Positions 46,597-62,415 of a stretch of DNA of 64,000 nucleotides are shown here, one piece after another. This DNA is from the human T2T-CHM13v2.0 reference genome, Homo sapiens: contig CP086569.2 in NCBI GenBank assembly GCA_009914755.4, positions 27,072,001 through 27,136,000 of the forward strand. The letters run 5' to 3'. Below the pieces are notes generated by a model, which did not search any database, had not been told where the DNA came from, and was given only the letters and a program-made list of their open reading frames with translations. Position 1 is the first letter of the stretch. Every line of letters begins with the position of its first letter. Position numbers and translations under genes: made by a program.

Positions 46597-46852
46597 CAGG
46601 GGGTGAAGTCAGCAAATTTTGTCTGTAAAGGGCCAAACAGTAAATCTTTCAGGTTTTGCAGGCCTACTCAACAGCTCTGTTGTGAGGCCAAAGCAGTCAC
46701 AGACAACACATAAATGAATGGGCAAGGCTGTGTGACTACTGCTTGCTGTGCTACACCAGCAGAAGGGAGCAGCTGCAACAGAAACCATGTGGCTTGAAAA
46801 GTCTAAAATATTTATTATCTGGTCCTTTGCAGAAAACATTTGCTGATCCCTG
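46597..46852. mobile_element. MER20-like hAT-Charlie MITE, copy 3 (reverse-orientation body, divergent internal segment)
   Basis: 'CAGGGGGTGAAGTCAGCAAATTTTGTCTGTAAAGGGCCAAACAGTAAATCTTTCAGGTTTTGCAGGCCTACTCAACAGCTCTGTTGTGAGGCCAAAGCAGTCACAGACAACACATAAATGAATGGGCAAGGCTGTGTGACTACTGC...GTCTAAAATATTTATTATCTGGTCCTTTGCAGAAAACATTTGCTGATCCCTG' matches the recalled MER20 consensus 'CAGGGGTCGGCAAACTTTTTCTGTAAAGGGCCAGATAGTAAATATTTTAGGCTTTGCGGGCCATACGGTCTCTGTCGCAACTACTCAACTCTGCCGTTGTAGC...CCATAGACAATACGTAAACGAATGGGCGTGGCTGTGTTCCAATAAAACTTTATTTACAAAAACAGG...TTTGCCGACCCCTG'. Confidence 0.55.
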
Positions 46853-47269
46853 CTCTAGACGCTAAGTTATATATCACCAAGCTATGGCTCAGAGAAGTCC
46901 TTTTGCTTTAGAGAAAGTGTGAGTCTGGTGTTTCTGTGACCTACCTTAGATAACTACTATATCATCTTGAATTCTTTTCCATGTGAACATTTGTTCCATT
47001 AAAAACATGCCAGCCTCAGTGCCAAAGCCACTTGCACAATGACAATGCTTTTACTTATGTAGGTCACTCTACAGTTAATTCACTGGTCAGAACAAGTGTT
47101 ACTGATGGTAAGAATGGCAGATTCAAGCACCAACAAGGCCAGTGAGTGCTGCTTTATTTCACACACATCAGCTATACCAGCTGGACCTGGCCAACTGTCT
47201 CAAATATTTATCATTTACTACAAAGTAGACCAAGACAAATTCAGCACCACCACTAATTTTTTTTAATAA

Positions 47270-48300
47270 GATAGCCCAAGAAACTAAACACACAAAATGT
47301 ATATGGAAATAACCTATATATCAAACAATAAGGGGAATGGTTAAATAAAGAAAGTTCATATGATAAAATATTATAGACATTAAAAGACAAACTAAAAAGT
47401 ACCATATATATGTAAGTTCCAAAATATTCATATCTGGAATATATAAAAAACTTTTACCCATTTTTTTAAAAAGAACCAACCTAATGACAACAACAAAATC
47501 AACAAAATACATAATCAGGAAATTCACAAAAAAGGAAACCAGAAAAGCATATAAACATAAGAGAAAATGTTGTTTCACTAGTAATAAAAAAAATGCAAAT
47601 TAAAATGAGAAATGATTTCATCTTCCTTAGATTACCAAAAAAGCAGCAACAAAAAAAAAAAAAACAAAAACATTTTAAGTCTAACCTAGTTGTAAAGAAT
47701 TAGAAACTCACATACATTGCTGGTGAGAGTGAAGAGGAGAGCAATCAGGCAGTGTCCAGTGAGATGCACTTACCCTATAGACCCAGAAATTCCATTTGGA
47801 AATAAATACTGTTGAGAAACTCTTGCACGTTTGTGTCAAGAAACATGAACAAGAATGTAAACAGCAGCATCATTAGTATTAGGGGAAGAAAAAAAAAGAC
47901 CTAAACACCTAAATGTCCATCAGCACAGGAAAAAAACAAAAACAAACTGTGGTATAATGGTACAATGGACTAAACTAAGCATTTAGAGTGAACAGACAGA
48001 ATGCTAAGTGACAAGAGCAAGTTTCAGAATGATGTGTGCAGGTTATACCATTTATATAAAGTATTAAAACATGTAAAAGAATTATATAAGTATGCAAATG
48101 AAAAATAATAGTAATAAAAATTTGAGAATGATAAATAGCAAATTCAGGATAGTGATTAATTTTAGGGAGAGAGTCAAGAGATGAGACTGAGGAGAGATAC
48201 ACAGGAGCTTAGCTATATTTTATTCTTAATAACTGAAGCAAATATGGCAAAATATTGGGATTTGATCAGACCAGAAGATGGAGAGATTGGGTGTTTGTGA
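47270..48300 (+). mobile_element. Old LINE-1 (L1M-type) ORF2 C-terminus/3' end
   Basis: '...AAAAATGCAAATTAAAATGAGAAATGATTTCATCTTCCTTAGATTACCAAAAAAGCAGCAAC' encodes MQIK..R.HF...R..KIKK. Further motifs '...ATTGCTGGTGAGAGTGAAGAGGAGAGCAATCAGGCAGTGTCCAGTGAGATGCACTTACCCTATAGACCCAGAAATTCCATTTGGAAATAAATACTGTTGAG...CCTAAATGTCCATCAGCACAGGAAAAAAACAAAAACAAACTGTGGTATAATGGTACAATGGACTAAACTAAGCATTTAGAGTGAACAGACAGAATGCTAAGTGACAAGAGCAAG...' are typical of the old-L1 C-terminal block (ELPYDPAIPLLGIYP...; ...WIKKMWYIYTMEYYSAIKKNE..). Confidence 0.65.
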
Positions 48301-48323
48301 TATTTAGTAACTTTTTGTTTTCA

Positions 48324-48630
48324 TTTTTTTTTTTTTTTTTGAGATGAGGTCTTGCTCTGCCACCCAGGCTGGAGTACAGCTGGCATGATCATAGCTCACT
48401 ACAGCCTCAAGTGGGCTCAAGTGATCCTCCCACATCAGCCACTTGAGAAGCTGGGATTACAGGCACAGGCTCCCATGCCTGGCTAAATTTTTTTTTTCTT
48501 TATAATTCTCTGTAGAGATGAGGTCTCACTATGTTGCCCAGGCTTGTCTCCAACTCCTGAGTGCAAGTGATCCTCCCACCTCTGCCTCCCAAAGTGCTAG
48601 TATTACAGGCATAAGCCACTGCACCTGGCC
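48324..48630 (-). mobile_element. Alu SINE (older, AluJ-like), minus strand
   Basis: '(T)18GAGATGAGGTCTTGCTCTGCCACCCAGGCTGGAGTACAGCTGGCATGATCATAGCTCACTACAGCCTCAAGTGGGCTCAAGTGATCCTCCCACATCAGCC...GTAGAGATGAGGTCTCACTATGTTGCCCAGGCTTGTCTCCAACTCCTGAGTGCAAGTGATCCTCCCACCTCTGCCTCCCAAAGTGCTAGTATTACAGGCATAAGCCACTGCACCTGGCC'. Confidence 0.85.
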
Positions 48631-50290
48631 AATAATCTTTTAAAAGAAAAAGCCATACACAGCATGATCTCAAAATAAATAAAATATATAAAGATGTTAG
48701 CAGTGATATTGCTGATGGTAAGAATACGGGCAATTTTTATTTTCTATTTAAAATACAGTTATTGTGGGAAATTTTGTAAACTTTTTAAAAGGTTAGAAAC
48801 TTTTAACTTTGAAAAATGATCATTAATATTTAAAGGACTGTTCCAAACAGTAAGATATACATAAAAGAGATGTATTTGTATTTCACACTTTTTTTTATTA
48901 CCATAGTTCAAAGTGATATAGAAAGCACAGGTACTCCTCAGTATATGCTAAATACTAAAGGAAGCTAAATATGCCAGAAAAAAATTGGTCGGCCATAGGG
49001 GGCAAAGAGACAGAATAGAGGTCGGATGTGGTAGAAAAAGGAGTTCTAGCTTGCATAAGTAGGCAATCAGGAAAAGACCTGTGTTAGCATAGGTGGACTC
49101 TCTGTATTACGACCAGTAGATTCACAGACTCGCCTACTCTCACCAACTCCTAGAAATCGGTCTCCAGCTCCTGTAATCACTAGGATGGCCTCCAATGGGG
49201 GAAAAGGGTGGTATCTGGGGAAGCAGAAAAGCTCTTAGACCTGTGGTTCTTAACCTTTATTGAAATCTAACCCATCTTTAACAATCAGATAAGAAATGCA
49301 ATCTCCTACCCCTAAAAAAGCACTTACGTATACACAAAATTTGGCTAGCAATTTCAGGGATTTCTGAACTTTCCATTAGCTCAGATTATGAAGGAAAGGA
49401 TCTAGAAAGAAAGAACTCCCTAAAAGACCTAAATTCGATTTATCTTCAGAGAAAGCCTCTAAAATAAGTCCATTATTTTCACTTTCCAATTACCCTACTT
49501 TGCAGATGAATCCAATTCCTTTAAGACTCAGTGGCATATTTTTTTTTTCTTTTTTGAGTCAGGTTTCCTGAGGTAAGTTTACATATGGTAAAATTTGTCC
49601 TTTTTAGCAAATAGGTCTGTGAGTTCAAGTTTTGACAAATGCATAAAGTCTCTGTCACTGTAATCAAGATACAGAACAATTCTGTCACCCTCCAAAACTC
49701 ACTCATGCTACTTGGTAGTCACCCCAGTCCTAGCCTAAGGAAAATTTTTTTTAACTTTTATTTTTTATTTATTTATATAGGTAAACTCATGTCACAGAGT
49801 TTGTTGTGCAGATTATTTCATCAGCCAGGTACTAAGCCTACTACCCAATAGTTATTTTTAAAACTCACTGTTGAAGAAACACATTGACATTTTCTCACAC
49901 TAGAAAGTAATATATAAACCAACAACTGCCTTAGCTCATTAAGTCAGATGTTGGCCACTATACTAAACTGTAGATTATAACAAAAAAAGTGCTATTCTAC
50001 CCACAACTAACCACCATTCTCGAAGTTCTAGGAAGGTAGGGACTACTCTTCATCATTACATCATTAAAATTTAGCATTGTGCCTACCCTTTATTTGGTAC
50101 TCTAAAACAATTATTGAACTGAATTAAGGTTATGGATGAAATTCAGAATCTGAGCTATTCAGTTTTGTTTTAGAGTTGACCCTAATTCTCTACATATTTA
50201 TTTACCATTTTTAAAGTTTGGTCAACAGTGTATTGGTTCATGCGCTCATTTTGTTCATTCTATTCAACCAGTTTCCCATTTTACCTTTCT

Positions 50291-50564
50291 TTTCTTTTTT
50301 TTGAGACAGAGTCTTGCTCTGTCACCCAGGCTGGAGTGCAGTGATCACTGCAACCTCTGCCTCCTGGGTCTAAACGACTCAGCCTCTCAAGTAGCTAGGA
50401 CTACAGGCAGGCACCACCATGCCTGGCTAATTTTTTGTATTTTTAGTACAGACGGGATTTCACCATGTTGGCGAGGCTGGTTTCGAACTCCTGACCTCAG
50501 GTGATCCGCCCGCCTCAGCCTCCCAAAGTGCTGGGATTACAGGCATGAGCCACCATCCCCAGCC
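50291..50564 (-). mobile_element. Alu SINE, minus strand (small internal deletions)
   Basis: 'TTTCTTTTTTTTGAGACAGAGTCTTGCTCTGTCACCCAGGCTGGAGTGCAGTGATCACTGCAACCTCTGCCTCCTGGGTCTAAACGACTCAGCCTCTCAAGTAGCTAGGACTACAGGCAGGCACCACCATGCCTGGCTAATTTTTTGTATTTTTAGTACAGACGGGATTTCACCATGTTGGCGAGGCTGGTTTCGAACTCCTGACCTCAGGTGATCCGCCCGCCTCAGCCTCCCAAAGTGCTGGGATTACAGGCATGAGCCACCATCCCCAGCC'. Confidence 0.85.
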
Positions 50565-50780
50565 ACCACTTTACCCTTCTTTACCTATTCCAAATCTCTG
50601 TTCTGAAGCAAGATCTTGTAAGGGAGTTGGACATATTAAGTACTGATAATTAAAATTTAAGACAAAAATTGCCACAAAGAGATAGCTCTGGAGAGGAAAT
50701 CTGAGGAGTATCAGGAATAAAATATTGCAAGGGGATGATCTGGGCAGAATCTAAAGAGAATAAGAGACTTCCTAGAAAAC

Positions 50781-52325
<1,545 letters not shown>

Positions 52326-54289
52326 GAGACATCCTAGAAAACAAGGGAGGACAACATTGCTTGCAGGACCATTCTCAGATTTTAAGCAGGAGACAGTGAC
52401 TGGATGAGATTTGCATATAAGAAAGATCACTAATGCTGCACTGTAGATGGTGGAATGGTGGGTGGGGCAGGGGAGAGGAAGGCCCAGTTAGGAGGGCCTG
52501 AGTTAACAGAAAGAGAGGAGAGGATGGAATTGAAGGATTCTTAAGGAGAATGACAGACAAGAGTTGGTGACAGACTAAATATGAGAGGTAAAGAATGAAA
52601 AGCCTTCTAGTTTGATTTCCAGGTTCTCAGTTGGGTGACATGTAAGACAATTAGCAAAGAGATTTCTAAAAAAAAAAGTGAGAACAAAGACTTTCTCTTG
52701 CCTTTTTAAGGCTAGAGAAAAGAAAGATTTGGTTTACCTGTTTGCTTATTCCCTCTTTCTAAAGAGGACTTGAGAATTCTTACAGAAATACATGTCTATA
52801 ACAATACTTCAAATAGATAAATAAAGGAAATAAGAAATAAGGAGATAAAGTAACAGCCAGAAATGGCTATTGTTATGGAGTGCCTACATGAAGTTAGGCA
52901 CTGTCCTAAGTAAGTCCTTTACATGTAGTACAAGGAACTTCTGCAAAGAAGTTTGAGCTGGAGAGAGAGATCTGAGTGCTAACTGCAGCAATCAGAATGG
53001 ATGAGATCAGCTAGGGAGAGTCCTAAGGAGAGAAAAGAAGGAAGCCTAAGGAACAATACCTAAGGTGTTTACAGAAAAAAAAGGGCTAAAAAGAACACAA
53101 AGAAGGAGCAATCAGAAAAGGTAGAAGTGAGCCAGGAAAGAATAATATCAGAGAGGTTATGGTAGAATAAAAATTTAGGAAGGCAATAGTCAACATTATA
53201 AATTACTGCCAGGATTCAAGGTAAAAGATGAAGTGACTAAGGAATTTAGTAATTTGGAAGTTCACAGGGCCCTTTGCCAGAAAAAATTCACTGGATTGGG
53301 GGGTGGGGCAGAATTTCTGTTTCAATATGTTGAACAATGAATAGAAGGCCAGGAAATGGATAAAGTGAAATTGGAAGACTGTTTCAAGACTAACAGTGAA
53401 GGGAAGAGTGAGATATGGTAACCCTAGAGAGCAGTGCAGGGTCAAATGTGAATCCTATTACGACAGGAAAAATAAACAACTGTCAAGGACAAATGAAATC
53501 ATGGTGCAGGTGTATTTTTGTAATAGATAGAACTAAACTTGCAGTTTTGCTTCCCAATGTTTATGCATTTTGTATGCTAAGTGTTCTATTAAACACTGTC
53601 AATTTCATTATAAAGAAATTTAGTTCTCAAAGGATTCTTGAGCTATTACTATATTTTATTCACATGTCAATGATTAATGAGCCATTTTCAGCACAAGTGT
53701 GCAAGGACTGTGAATCATACTCTAGTTCCCTTTATCAGGTTAGAAGACTAGATTTCCTTAGAAAAAATAAATTTAAAAGCTAGGTCAGTATACTATCCAG
53801 TATTATCTAAGAGACTCTGAGGAAGAGGAAGAAAAATCACTGTTTAAAGAAGAATCAGAAACAAGCCTTCAGGTAATAGCTGTCAGCCAATTCCATTTTT
53901 AAAAATACTTCTTAAAATAGAAATATACCTTCCCAAGGCTCTGGAACTCTCCCAAAGATAAGTTTCTTATATTCAGCAACCTCAGCCAACCCTGGACAGC
54001 CAGATGACCCATAAGACAACCTCTCATTTGGTTCTCAAAACAAAAATAAAAACAAAAAAACCCTATTTCCCATCTAGATTTCAGAGAGGCTAGCAAGTTT
54101 TCAATTTGCTTTACTTTCAGAAGTGATATTTCCCTACACAAAGACTCATTTCCTAGAAGTTCTACTTCCCCTTCAAATAAATATCAAGAGATTCTAACCA
54201 TTGTGCTTATATTGCCAAGCTCATGGTATACAAATATCCAGTGAAGACTGACCCCTTGGACACATTTTCTTGGAGGTGTAGAAGAGCAA

Positions 54290-54500
54290 GCATGGGCCTC
54301 AAAGTCCAAAAGACCTGGTTTTGAATTCTGGCTTTTCACTACAAATTCTGTGACTGTGGACAGATTCCTTAACCTAGCTGAGCCTCAGTGCATTCTCTTA
54401 CGTGAATTAAGAAAAGAATATTACTTATCTGACAAAGTTACAAAGATTAAATGCATCTAGCAGGGTACTTGGCTTATAGTAAGTTTTCAAAAACATTAAT
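54290..54500 (+). mobile_element. MIR SINE
   Basis: '...GGTTTTGAATTCTGGCTTTTCACTACAAATTCTGTGACTGTGGACAGATTCCTTAACCTAGCTGAGCCTCAGTGCATTCTCTTACGTGAATTAAGAAAAGAATATTACTTATCTGACAAAGTTACAAAGATTAAATGCATCTAGCAGGGTACTTGGCTTATAGTAAGTTTTCAAAAACATTAATTC' follows the MIR consensus (GGTTCGAATCC.GGCTCTGCCACTTACTAGCTGTGTGACCTTGGGCAAGTTACTTAACCTCTCTGAGCCTCAGTTTCC...GTTGTGAGGATTAAATGAG..ATGCATGTAAAGCGCTTAGCACAGTGCCTGGCACATAGTAAGCGCTCAATAAATG). Confidence 0.5.
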
Positions 54501-55449
54501 TCTCTTACAGCATTTAAACCTTTCATATACTTAAAGGCCAACTCAATCTCCTCTGGCTCCATGAAGCCCCTTCTGACTACTCCATCCTATACCATTCATC
54601 TTCTCTGAACTCTTAATATACCTACCTAAACACAATTTTGCTCTCAAGGACATATTATTCCTTAATACACACTCATGCCTAACTATGTGTACATTTGATG
54701 TCTTGGATCATGAGAGCACTTGGGCATGTCCCTTTTTTATGATACTCACAGTTTTTAACACAATATTGAGCACATAACTAAGGCAGTCACTGATGACTTA
54801 GAATGCTATTATTTTATAATCTAATATTCCCTATAGATCTCCTAACTCCACCAATTAGCTGAGTAAGAAACTGAACAAGAGAAGTTAAATGGCTTGCCTG
54901 AGAAGGCATAAATTGTGGGCTTAGCTGGAGAGTAAACTAGGTATCCTCTCTTGCAATCCAGGGAGCTTTATACCTTGTACCTGTTGCTCTTGTGTGAAGA
55001 AGTGCCAGGGTGAATGTGCACAAAGGGCCTTCATGTGCCAAAAAAAAATCTGCATTCCCTATACTAAAACACTTAAATGGAATGGGATAGAAAGGCTCAT
55101 CTGCGAACTCATCCAAACACAAAACGGTCTTTGCTAGCTTCATACTCAAGTAGATCAATAGACATTCTTCTGCTGCCATCTTATGGGCATAGAAGATCAC
55201 TACACATGGGCTTATTTTCATTTTAGAAATAATTTTATTCAATAAACATTTACCCATCATCTACTATGTATTAGGCTCTGTGAAGAAAACTCAATTAAAA
55301 GCACCCCCAAGAAGCTCAGAATGTAGTAATGAAAAGCAACAACATACCACTTAATAAATTAGTAAACCAATCCTAAGACAGTGTTACAAAAAAAGAACAC
55401 TGAAGACAGAATACTAGTTTTAGCCTGGGGCTCGGGTGTAGCAAGGTAG

Positions 55450-55780
<331 letters not shown>

Positions 55781-58668
55781 TAATTTGCGGGAGTTCTTAC
55801 AGTATGAATACAATTTTGTTAAGCAGAGAAGGTGAGAAAAAACTATTCCAGAAAGAAGGTCACACATGGACAAAGGAAGAGGGTCATGAAAGTAAAATGT
55901 ACAGGAAATAGGCCTAATCTTTCTACCTGAGTAAAGTGATGCAATTACCAGGAAGAAGAGTTGAGAGAAAGGGATAAGAAAAATAGAGAGAAAAGTATAG
56001 TCCTGGGTAGGCTGAATTCAGAGTTTGGTGAGTGCTCTCTCTACAGAACTAAAATGACTAACAATCAGCAGGATTTTCTATATTGCCTGATTCAGCATGT
56101 GTTTGTATTCTGTCCAGAAATTGGTCCTCTGAACAAGATCAACTGGGAAACTTCTCATCTTATATACATGGAAAAACATTAACTTCCATTAATATTCATT
56201 CTGATTGTAGAGTGTGTAGTAAGTAAATAACTTTTACCCATACCTGATTGAACTAGTCTCTTCATTTTATAATTTCAAAGGCCAACTCAAGTTGCAATCT
56301 GCCCCTTCACCTACGTAAATGAGCTTCTTTCTGTAATTGCCCTAAATATCCAACAATACTTTTTTCTGTTTTACTTATTTAAAACATATATAATATTTAA
56401 GGCAAACAAAAAAGATATAAAGAATAATAAACCATCACCTATGTCTTACTATCCAAGTTAAGAATAACAGTGCCAATTCCAGTTTCTTCTTTAAAGAAGA
56501 AGCATGTTTCTACTTCTTGAAACTCTTAATTGTCCTCTGCTACCCTAATCTTTTGGGTCTGATGTTTATAAGTCAGTGCACATGTTTAAATTCAATAGGA
56601 ATGTGAAGAAACACTAGAGAAGTTCCATACTGGTTATATCTTATTCTTACCACTTGCCTTCTCCCACTTCTCCAACCATACCACCAAATCAAAGTATGCA
56701 ACCAAGCCAGTTTCCCAAAGAAACATGCATCTAGGACATTAAAGCCATCAAACAAAGAAATTTTACCTGCTGCTTCTGACATTCCAGGCCCAGCACTTGC
56801 TGATGTCTCAATTCAGCACACTGGAGTTAGCCTCCAAACACATAGAGCGCTAACAAACTATGGCAGAGGCTTGTCTCAATTCCCCAGAATGCCCAGATCA
56901 ACTTCCTGTGCCTGATTCCATAAAACCAGGAATAGCAAGGAACTCTATTGCCAGATCAAATCATTCCAGGAGAGCAGGTCAAGCTACCTCAGACACACCT
57001 TGCCACACACCTGTGCAGCAACTTTCCCAGAAGCCCAATTTTCAACAAACAGGTGGCCACTCCTCTGACTGTCCTTCTCTAAACACTGGAGCTCATTTTA
57101 TGAGATTGTACCAGCAACTGTCCTTTTCTAACATGGGAAAATCAACTGATAAAAGAGAAGGGAGGGTTGAATGAGGGCTGAAAATTTTGTTCCCTCCTAC
57201 ATGTCACCAATATTCACAGCTCTGAAAAATGAACCACTTTATCAGAAGGAGATTAACCGCAAAAACATGGCTGATAAGCGCTTTTAGTAGCACGTGTTGG
57301 GTGACTGTCTTCGCTGTGAAGCAGCTGGGAACTGGGATAGAACTACCAGAGGTTCTGCTACATAAAGAAATGGATTCTTGTCCTTTCATCTAAATGCAGG
57401 TGTCCTGAGGGGGAGGGGGAAACACTTTAAGCTTCCACTTCTGAACTGTTAAGTGGTGGGCTGAGAAACGCATGACAAATGCCCTTGTCTCTGAAAATGA
57501 AGTGAGATGGTGTTGGCAACAGCCGTGTTTAGCAACAGAAATACTGAAAAAAGAAAATAGACTCTTTTATTCAAGGCTCTAAATCTCATTATTTTAACTC
57601 TTAGTAGACACTATCCAGGCCTCCCTTCCCAGAACTGTTTGGTAGAGATAAACAGTACTAATGTTATTTTTAAACAGCTTTATCGAGACATAATTCACAT
57701 GCCCATTAGGTGTACCATTTAAAGATTTTTAGTATATTCAGATTTATGCAATCGTCACTATAACCAATTTTAAAACATGCTCACCCTAGTATCAAAAATA
57801 TCCACTACTGCATAGTATGGAATGTTCTTGTTTGCAAAACAACAGAAATTGACCTCACTAACTTAGGCAGGAAAGGAATCTGTGGGAGGGAATTACTAAT
57901 ATTTTTAGCATAAAGAATATCACCAGGATAGGAGGCCAAGGCTCAAACTTGCCAGCAAGGGTCAACTGCTACCATTATTACATTCAGCTCACTAGCTCTT
58001 GCCTCAAATAAATGTTCAAATGCTTAGATTCCTGGACACTGCTTGGTGAGGGGAGAAAAGGCATAAGAAGGTACCTGTGTATGGCTGCCACTTACTATGT
58101 CAGCACAATGGAGATTTTCCCTTAGGGCTGCAGAAAATAATGTATAACATTATAAATAATTGGTAAGGAGATCAGAGGCAGGATAAGTGAGCTTAAATTT
58201 AAAAATTAAGTCTCCTAAACTTGAGATATGGAATCCCTATAGCATGTAGGGTTTAAAAATTAAATAAAACATCCCTAAAATCTAAAATGGTATTAATATT
58301 TAGCATTTTAGGGTGGAACTTATTTCCAAATGTATTAGCTCTGGAGAAGCTAGGAATGGATCTTAATGAAAGTCAAAAAAGCATTTTCCTGGTAATGACA
58401 TAAATAATTGTCATATATATCTCTAAATTGTTTTGTAGTTTGCAAAGTACTTTCACATAGTCTGTCTCATTTGATCTTCACAATAGCTCCATGAGATAGA
58501 TTTGGGAAAATCTAGGTTACTCGTAAATCATTTCTAATCCTCATATACATGCAAACAAGGTAAGCATTATCTCTTTTTTACATATGAGGAAAGAGTCAGA
58601 AACGGAACTTGATTTATTTAACCAAAATCACACATATAAGAGGCTGAACTGGACTATTCTTTTTTTTT

Positions 58669-58791
58669 TTTTTTAAAGAGATGGGGATCTCACTATATTG
58701 CCCAGGCTGGTCTCACACTCCTGGCATCAAGTGATCCTCCTGCCTCAGCCTCTCAAGTAGCTGGGATTACAGGTGTCAGCCACCATGCCCC
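58669..58791 (-). mobile_element. Free left Alu monomer (FLAM-like), minus strand
   Basis: '(T)16AAAGAGATGGGGATCTCACTATATTGCCCAGGCTGGTCTCACACTCCTGGCATCAAGTGATCCTCCTGCCTCAGCCTCTCAAGTAGCTGGGATTACAGGTGTCAGCCACCATGCCCC' covers only the left-monomer half (~120 bp) with an adjacent poly-T. Confidence 0.6.
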
Positions 58792-61700
58792 ATTTGAACT
58801 GGAACTCTTAAATCAATCCTGTGAATTTTCGACTAAGTCTAGCCATTCGCAGTTATCTAGGGGTAGCCTCATCTCTCAGGTAGCAACATATCATCACTAT
58901 TATTTCAAAGAGATATATTCTGAAAAAAAATTACGTAGAGGTGCCATATGACACTGAAAGCAGTTTGTTTGTAAGGCATATTCAGCCTGGTGAAGGCTCT
59001 TGTCATTTTGCTACCTAAGGATCAGGGCCAAAGCACTAAAAGAATCACCTTTTTTCTTTCTGTTCCAGAATTGTTCAGAGTCCCACAGCATAATCCTAAT
59101 TCTATAAGCAATCCAGAGACCTCCAGAATGGTAATATAGTAGAAAATGTACCCACTGCTACATATGTTTCACTCTCTTCTTGTTCAATATTCACACTTAG
59201 GAAGAGAGAGCTTATTTCTATCAGTAGAGAAAAAACTTGGTAGTGGCAGCATGGCCACAGACTTTTAGATAAACTAATCACTTTAGAACAAAAATGGAGA
59301 AAGATTGGAGTCATTTGTGGAACCTCTTTTCTAGAGTACCTTTTTGAATTGACAACAGACAGTCTTTAGCTTGGACACAGGGGAACAAATCAAATGACTT
59401 TTAAAAACTATAACTCAGAGTTTAAATTCTTGATTTAAATTTTGAACATTCCAAAGATGATGCCAAATTAATCTGCTGACAGCTTCACATTAGTAGGTAT
59501 AATTACCTAGCTTATAAAGACCCCAAGGGACTGAAGAAGGTCCATAAGTGTGGTATGTATGACTCAGCCAGTACTCACTGTATCTTGACCAAGAAAAGCA
59601 GAGTCATATGTAATGTGAGCTATTTGGGAAAGATAATTTTAGCTTATTGTGGAGAAAAACTATTTTTAACCATTTCTACAAAGAAAAGAAAGAGCACCAT
59701 TAAAAAAGAGGTAAAATTCAGGGTTGGGTGAGAGAGAAAAAGCTAAAGGAAAAACAAAAGAATCAAAGGCAGACACTATTAGACTTTAATATTAGCGATG
59801 GGAATTGTTTACATTTTGTTGCTAAGGAAAACTTGGAGCTTTGGAAAATGAACCCAACCACCACCCTATTGTGACAGCTGCTGCCTGGCCCTGGTATTTC
59901 TGCAGAGCTATCTGCCAACAGCTTGCCACCTGCCATTTCTATCCTGTCAAATCAGTCCCTTTAAAATCAGATGACCTTGTTGGTTTCTATAGTTCTCACA
60001 AGCAATCCAAAGACTGAATGGCAGTTATCAGAAAGCCCTAAAGATAGACTGTTGCATTCTGAGCTGTGGACTGGCCCCTGAGTCAAAACCTTTATTCTGA
60101 ACGGATAATACTTAAATTCAATAGAAGAAATGGTCAGTGAATTCAATGAGGAGGAAAAGAAGGCCTAAGTGATGGTCTCTAGTGTGCCTCTGACTCAGAG
60201 TGTCATATTAAGCAAAGACTCTATGCTCTTAGGGCCTCAGCATTCCCATTTGTAAAATAGGGAGCGTATGTTCTATTCCTTTCTATCTTATAAAGAGAAT
60301 ACATTTAAGCACACTTGAGCTTTTCAGAGGGGAAAAAAAGGAACTTCACAAATCCAAGATTATGCCCTTCTCAAAAAGGAATAAAGTGTTTCAGAAGTTC
60401 TGTACTATGTATGCAAAACCATAAATTATCTAGAATCCTGCAAACCTTGAATCTCTGTTATATTTACTCTTCAACGATCACGGCCTTCTTCACAGACTTA
60501 CATTATAATAAAGACTGTTGTCCCTATAATTAATATTCCTTCATGCCCTCCTGCTCCCTCTGCCCCATAATAACAGGAATCCTTTATCATTCTGGAACTT
60601 TGGAAAATACACAAAAAATAAAAATAAAAACTATCCATAATACACCCAAAAATCCAATATTAACATTTCCATGTTTATTACTATTTGGCATCATAATGTA
60701 TTCTTTTATATCTAGCTTTGTTCATTTAGCAACATATCTGTAGTTAAACTGAGTAACAAACTGTTAGCACAAGGGTATAAAGCTGAGACTGATAATTGGC
60801 CAATTGGTATGCACATACCCACTTATCCCCTCTTAAGATAAAACATTCTCAGAAAAGGAGAGCCAGCTGTGCAATTTAATGGTAAAACCCACTCCCCAAA
60901 TGAAGTGCTTTAATTACACTGCAAATGGAGATTATTTCTGAGAGAGAACCTTCTACTACTTTGGTCTTGCTGTGGCCAGTTTTAAAGCCCCATTTATCCC
61001 AATGCTCACTAATTGTCTGAATTTGGACCTGTGAACCCAGGCTTCAGGCTTTTATCAAGGTTTCCCAGTAGGAGTCAAAATCCTTCCACAATTAGCTGAT
61101 TACAGAGAAAGCTGCAGCTTCAAGAGTAGAATTAGCATCCAGCATGCTCTTTCAGAAGTAAAATTTAGCTGTTTTCAAAACATCTGATTTTTTTTCTTTC
61201 ATTTAATGCTTGTCTAGCCAGAGAAACTAAATGGCTTTAATTCTGTAAAGGCTTAAATGATATGTTTTATTTGATCAAGTCATTCCCCTGCTGGAAATCC
61301 CTCAATTGTATTCCATAGCTGTGAGACTAGAAATTCAACTTTCTTAGCATAGTAAAGACAAAAATCTACATGATTTGGTTCCGGCCTACCTCTCTAGCTT
61401 GTCAATTTCCAAAGTTTCTCCAGTGGAATACCAGTCTTGGGTTTCTTTGATTAACAAAACAAAACTACTGGATGAACTCAGAAATTTGGAAAATGCTGCA
61501 AATTCCCTAACCACTCCCATGTCCCACTCTCCCCACTCCCCAGAGAGGAATGACCCTAAGAAGGCTTTTGAGTGATCCTATTTAATTTTGTTTAATCCAT
61601 TGTTCCCAAATTCATTTAGCCACAGCATACTTTTTTTTTTCCTTCATCTAAATCTGTTTCCACAAAAGACACTTTCAGAAATGCTAGCCTGGCCTCACCT

Positions 61701-61950
61701 TCTCCCAGCTTCAGGCATTCTGAACTTGTTTGTTTCTTGAATTTCTCATGTTTCCTCTCAAATACCATCCTCCTATTACTACTTACAGTTAACTTAAAGT
61801 TGTCTTTCAAAATTCAACTCCAGTTACCTCCTCTGGTAGGCCTTCCTTGTCACCCTATTAAATCTAATTTAGATTCCCCTCCTCTACACTCTCATAGCAA
61901 TCTATACATATCTTTACCACAGCACTTAACAATTGTACAATAATATTTGA

Positions 61951-62415
<465 letters not shown>

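Noticed and set aside
53415-53783. 122-aa plus-strand ORF in repeat-free sequence
   Set aside because: Low-complexity, stop-rich surroundings. There is no Kozak-like context, no flanking splice signals, no recognisable domain, and AT-rich codon usage typical of random ORFs in about 38% GC DNA. It is not credible as a gene.
56860-57174. 104-aa plus-strand ORF (MAEACLNSPECPDQLPVPDS...)
   Set aside because: No domain or motif recognisable. The length is within the chance expectation for a 64-kb six-frame scan. No supporting promoter, splice or poly(A) architecture.
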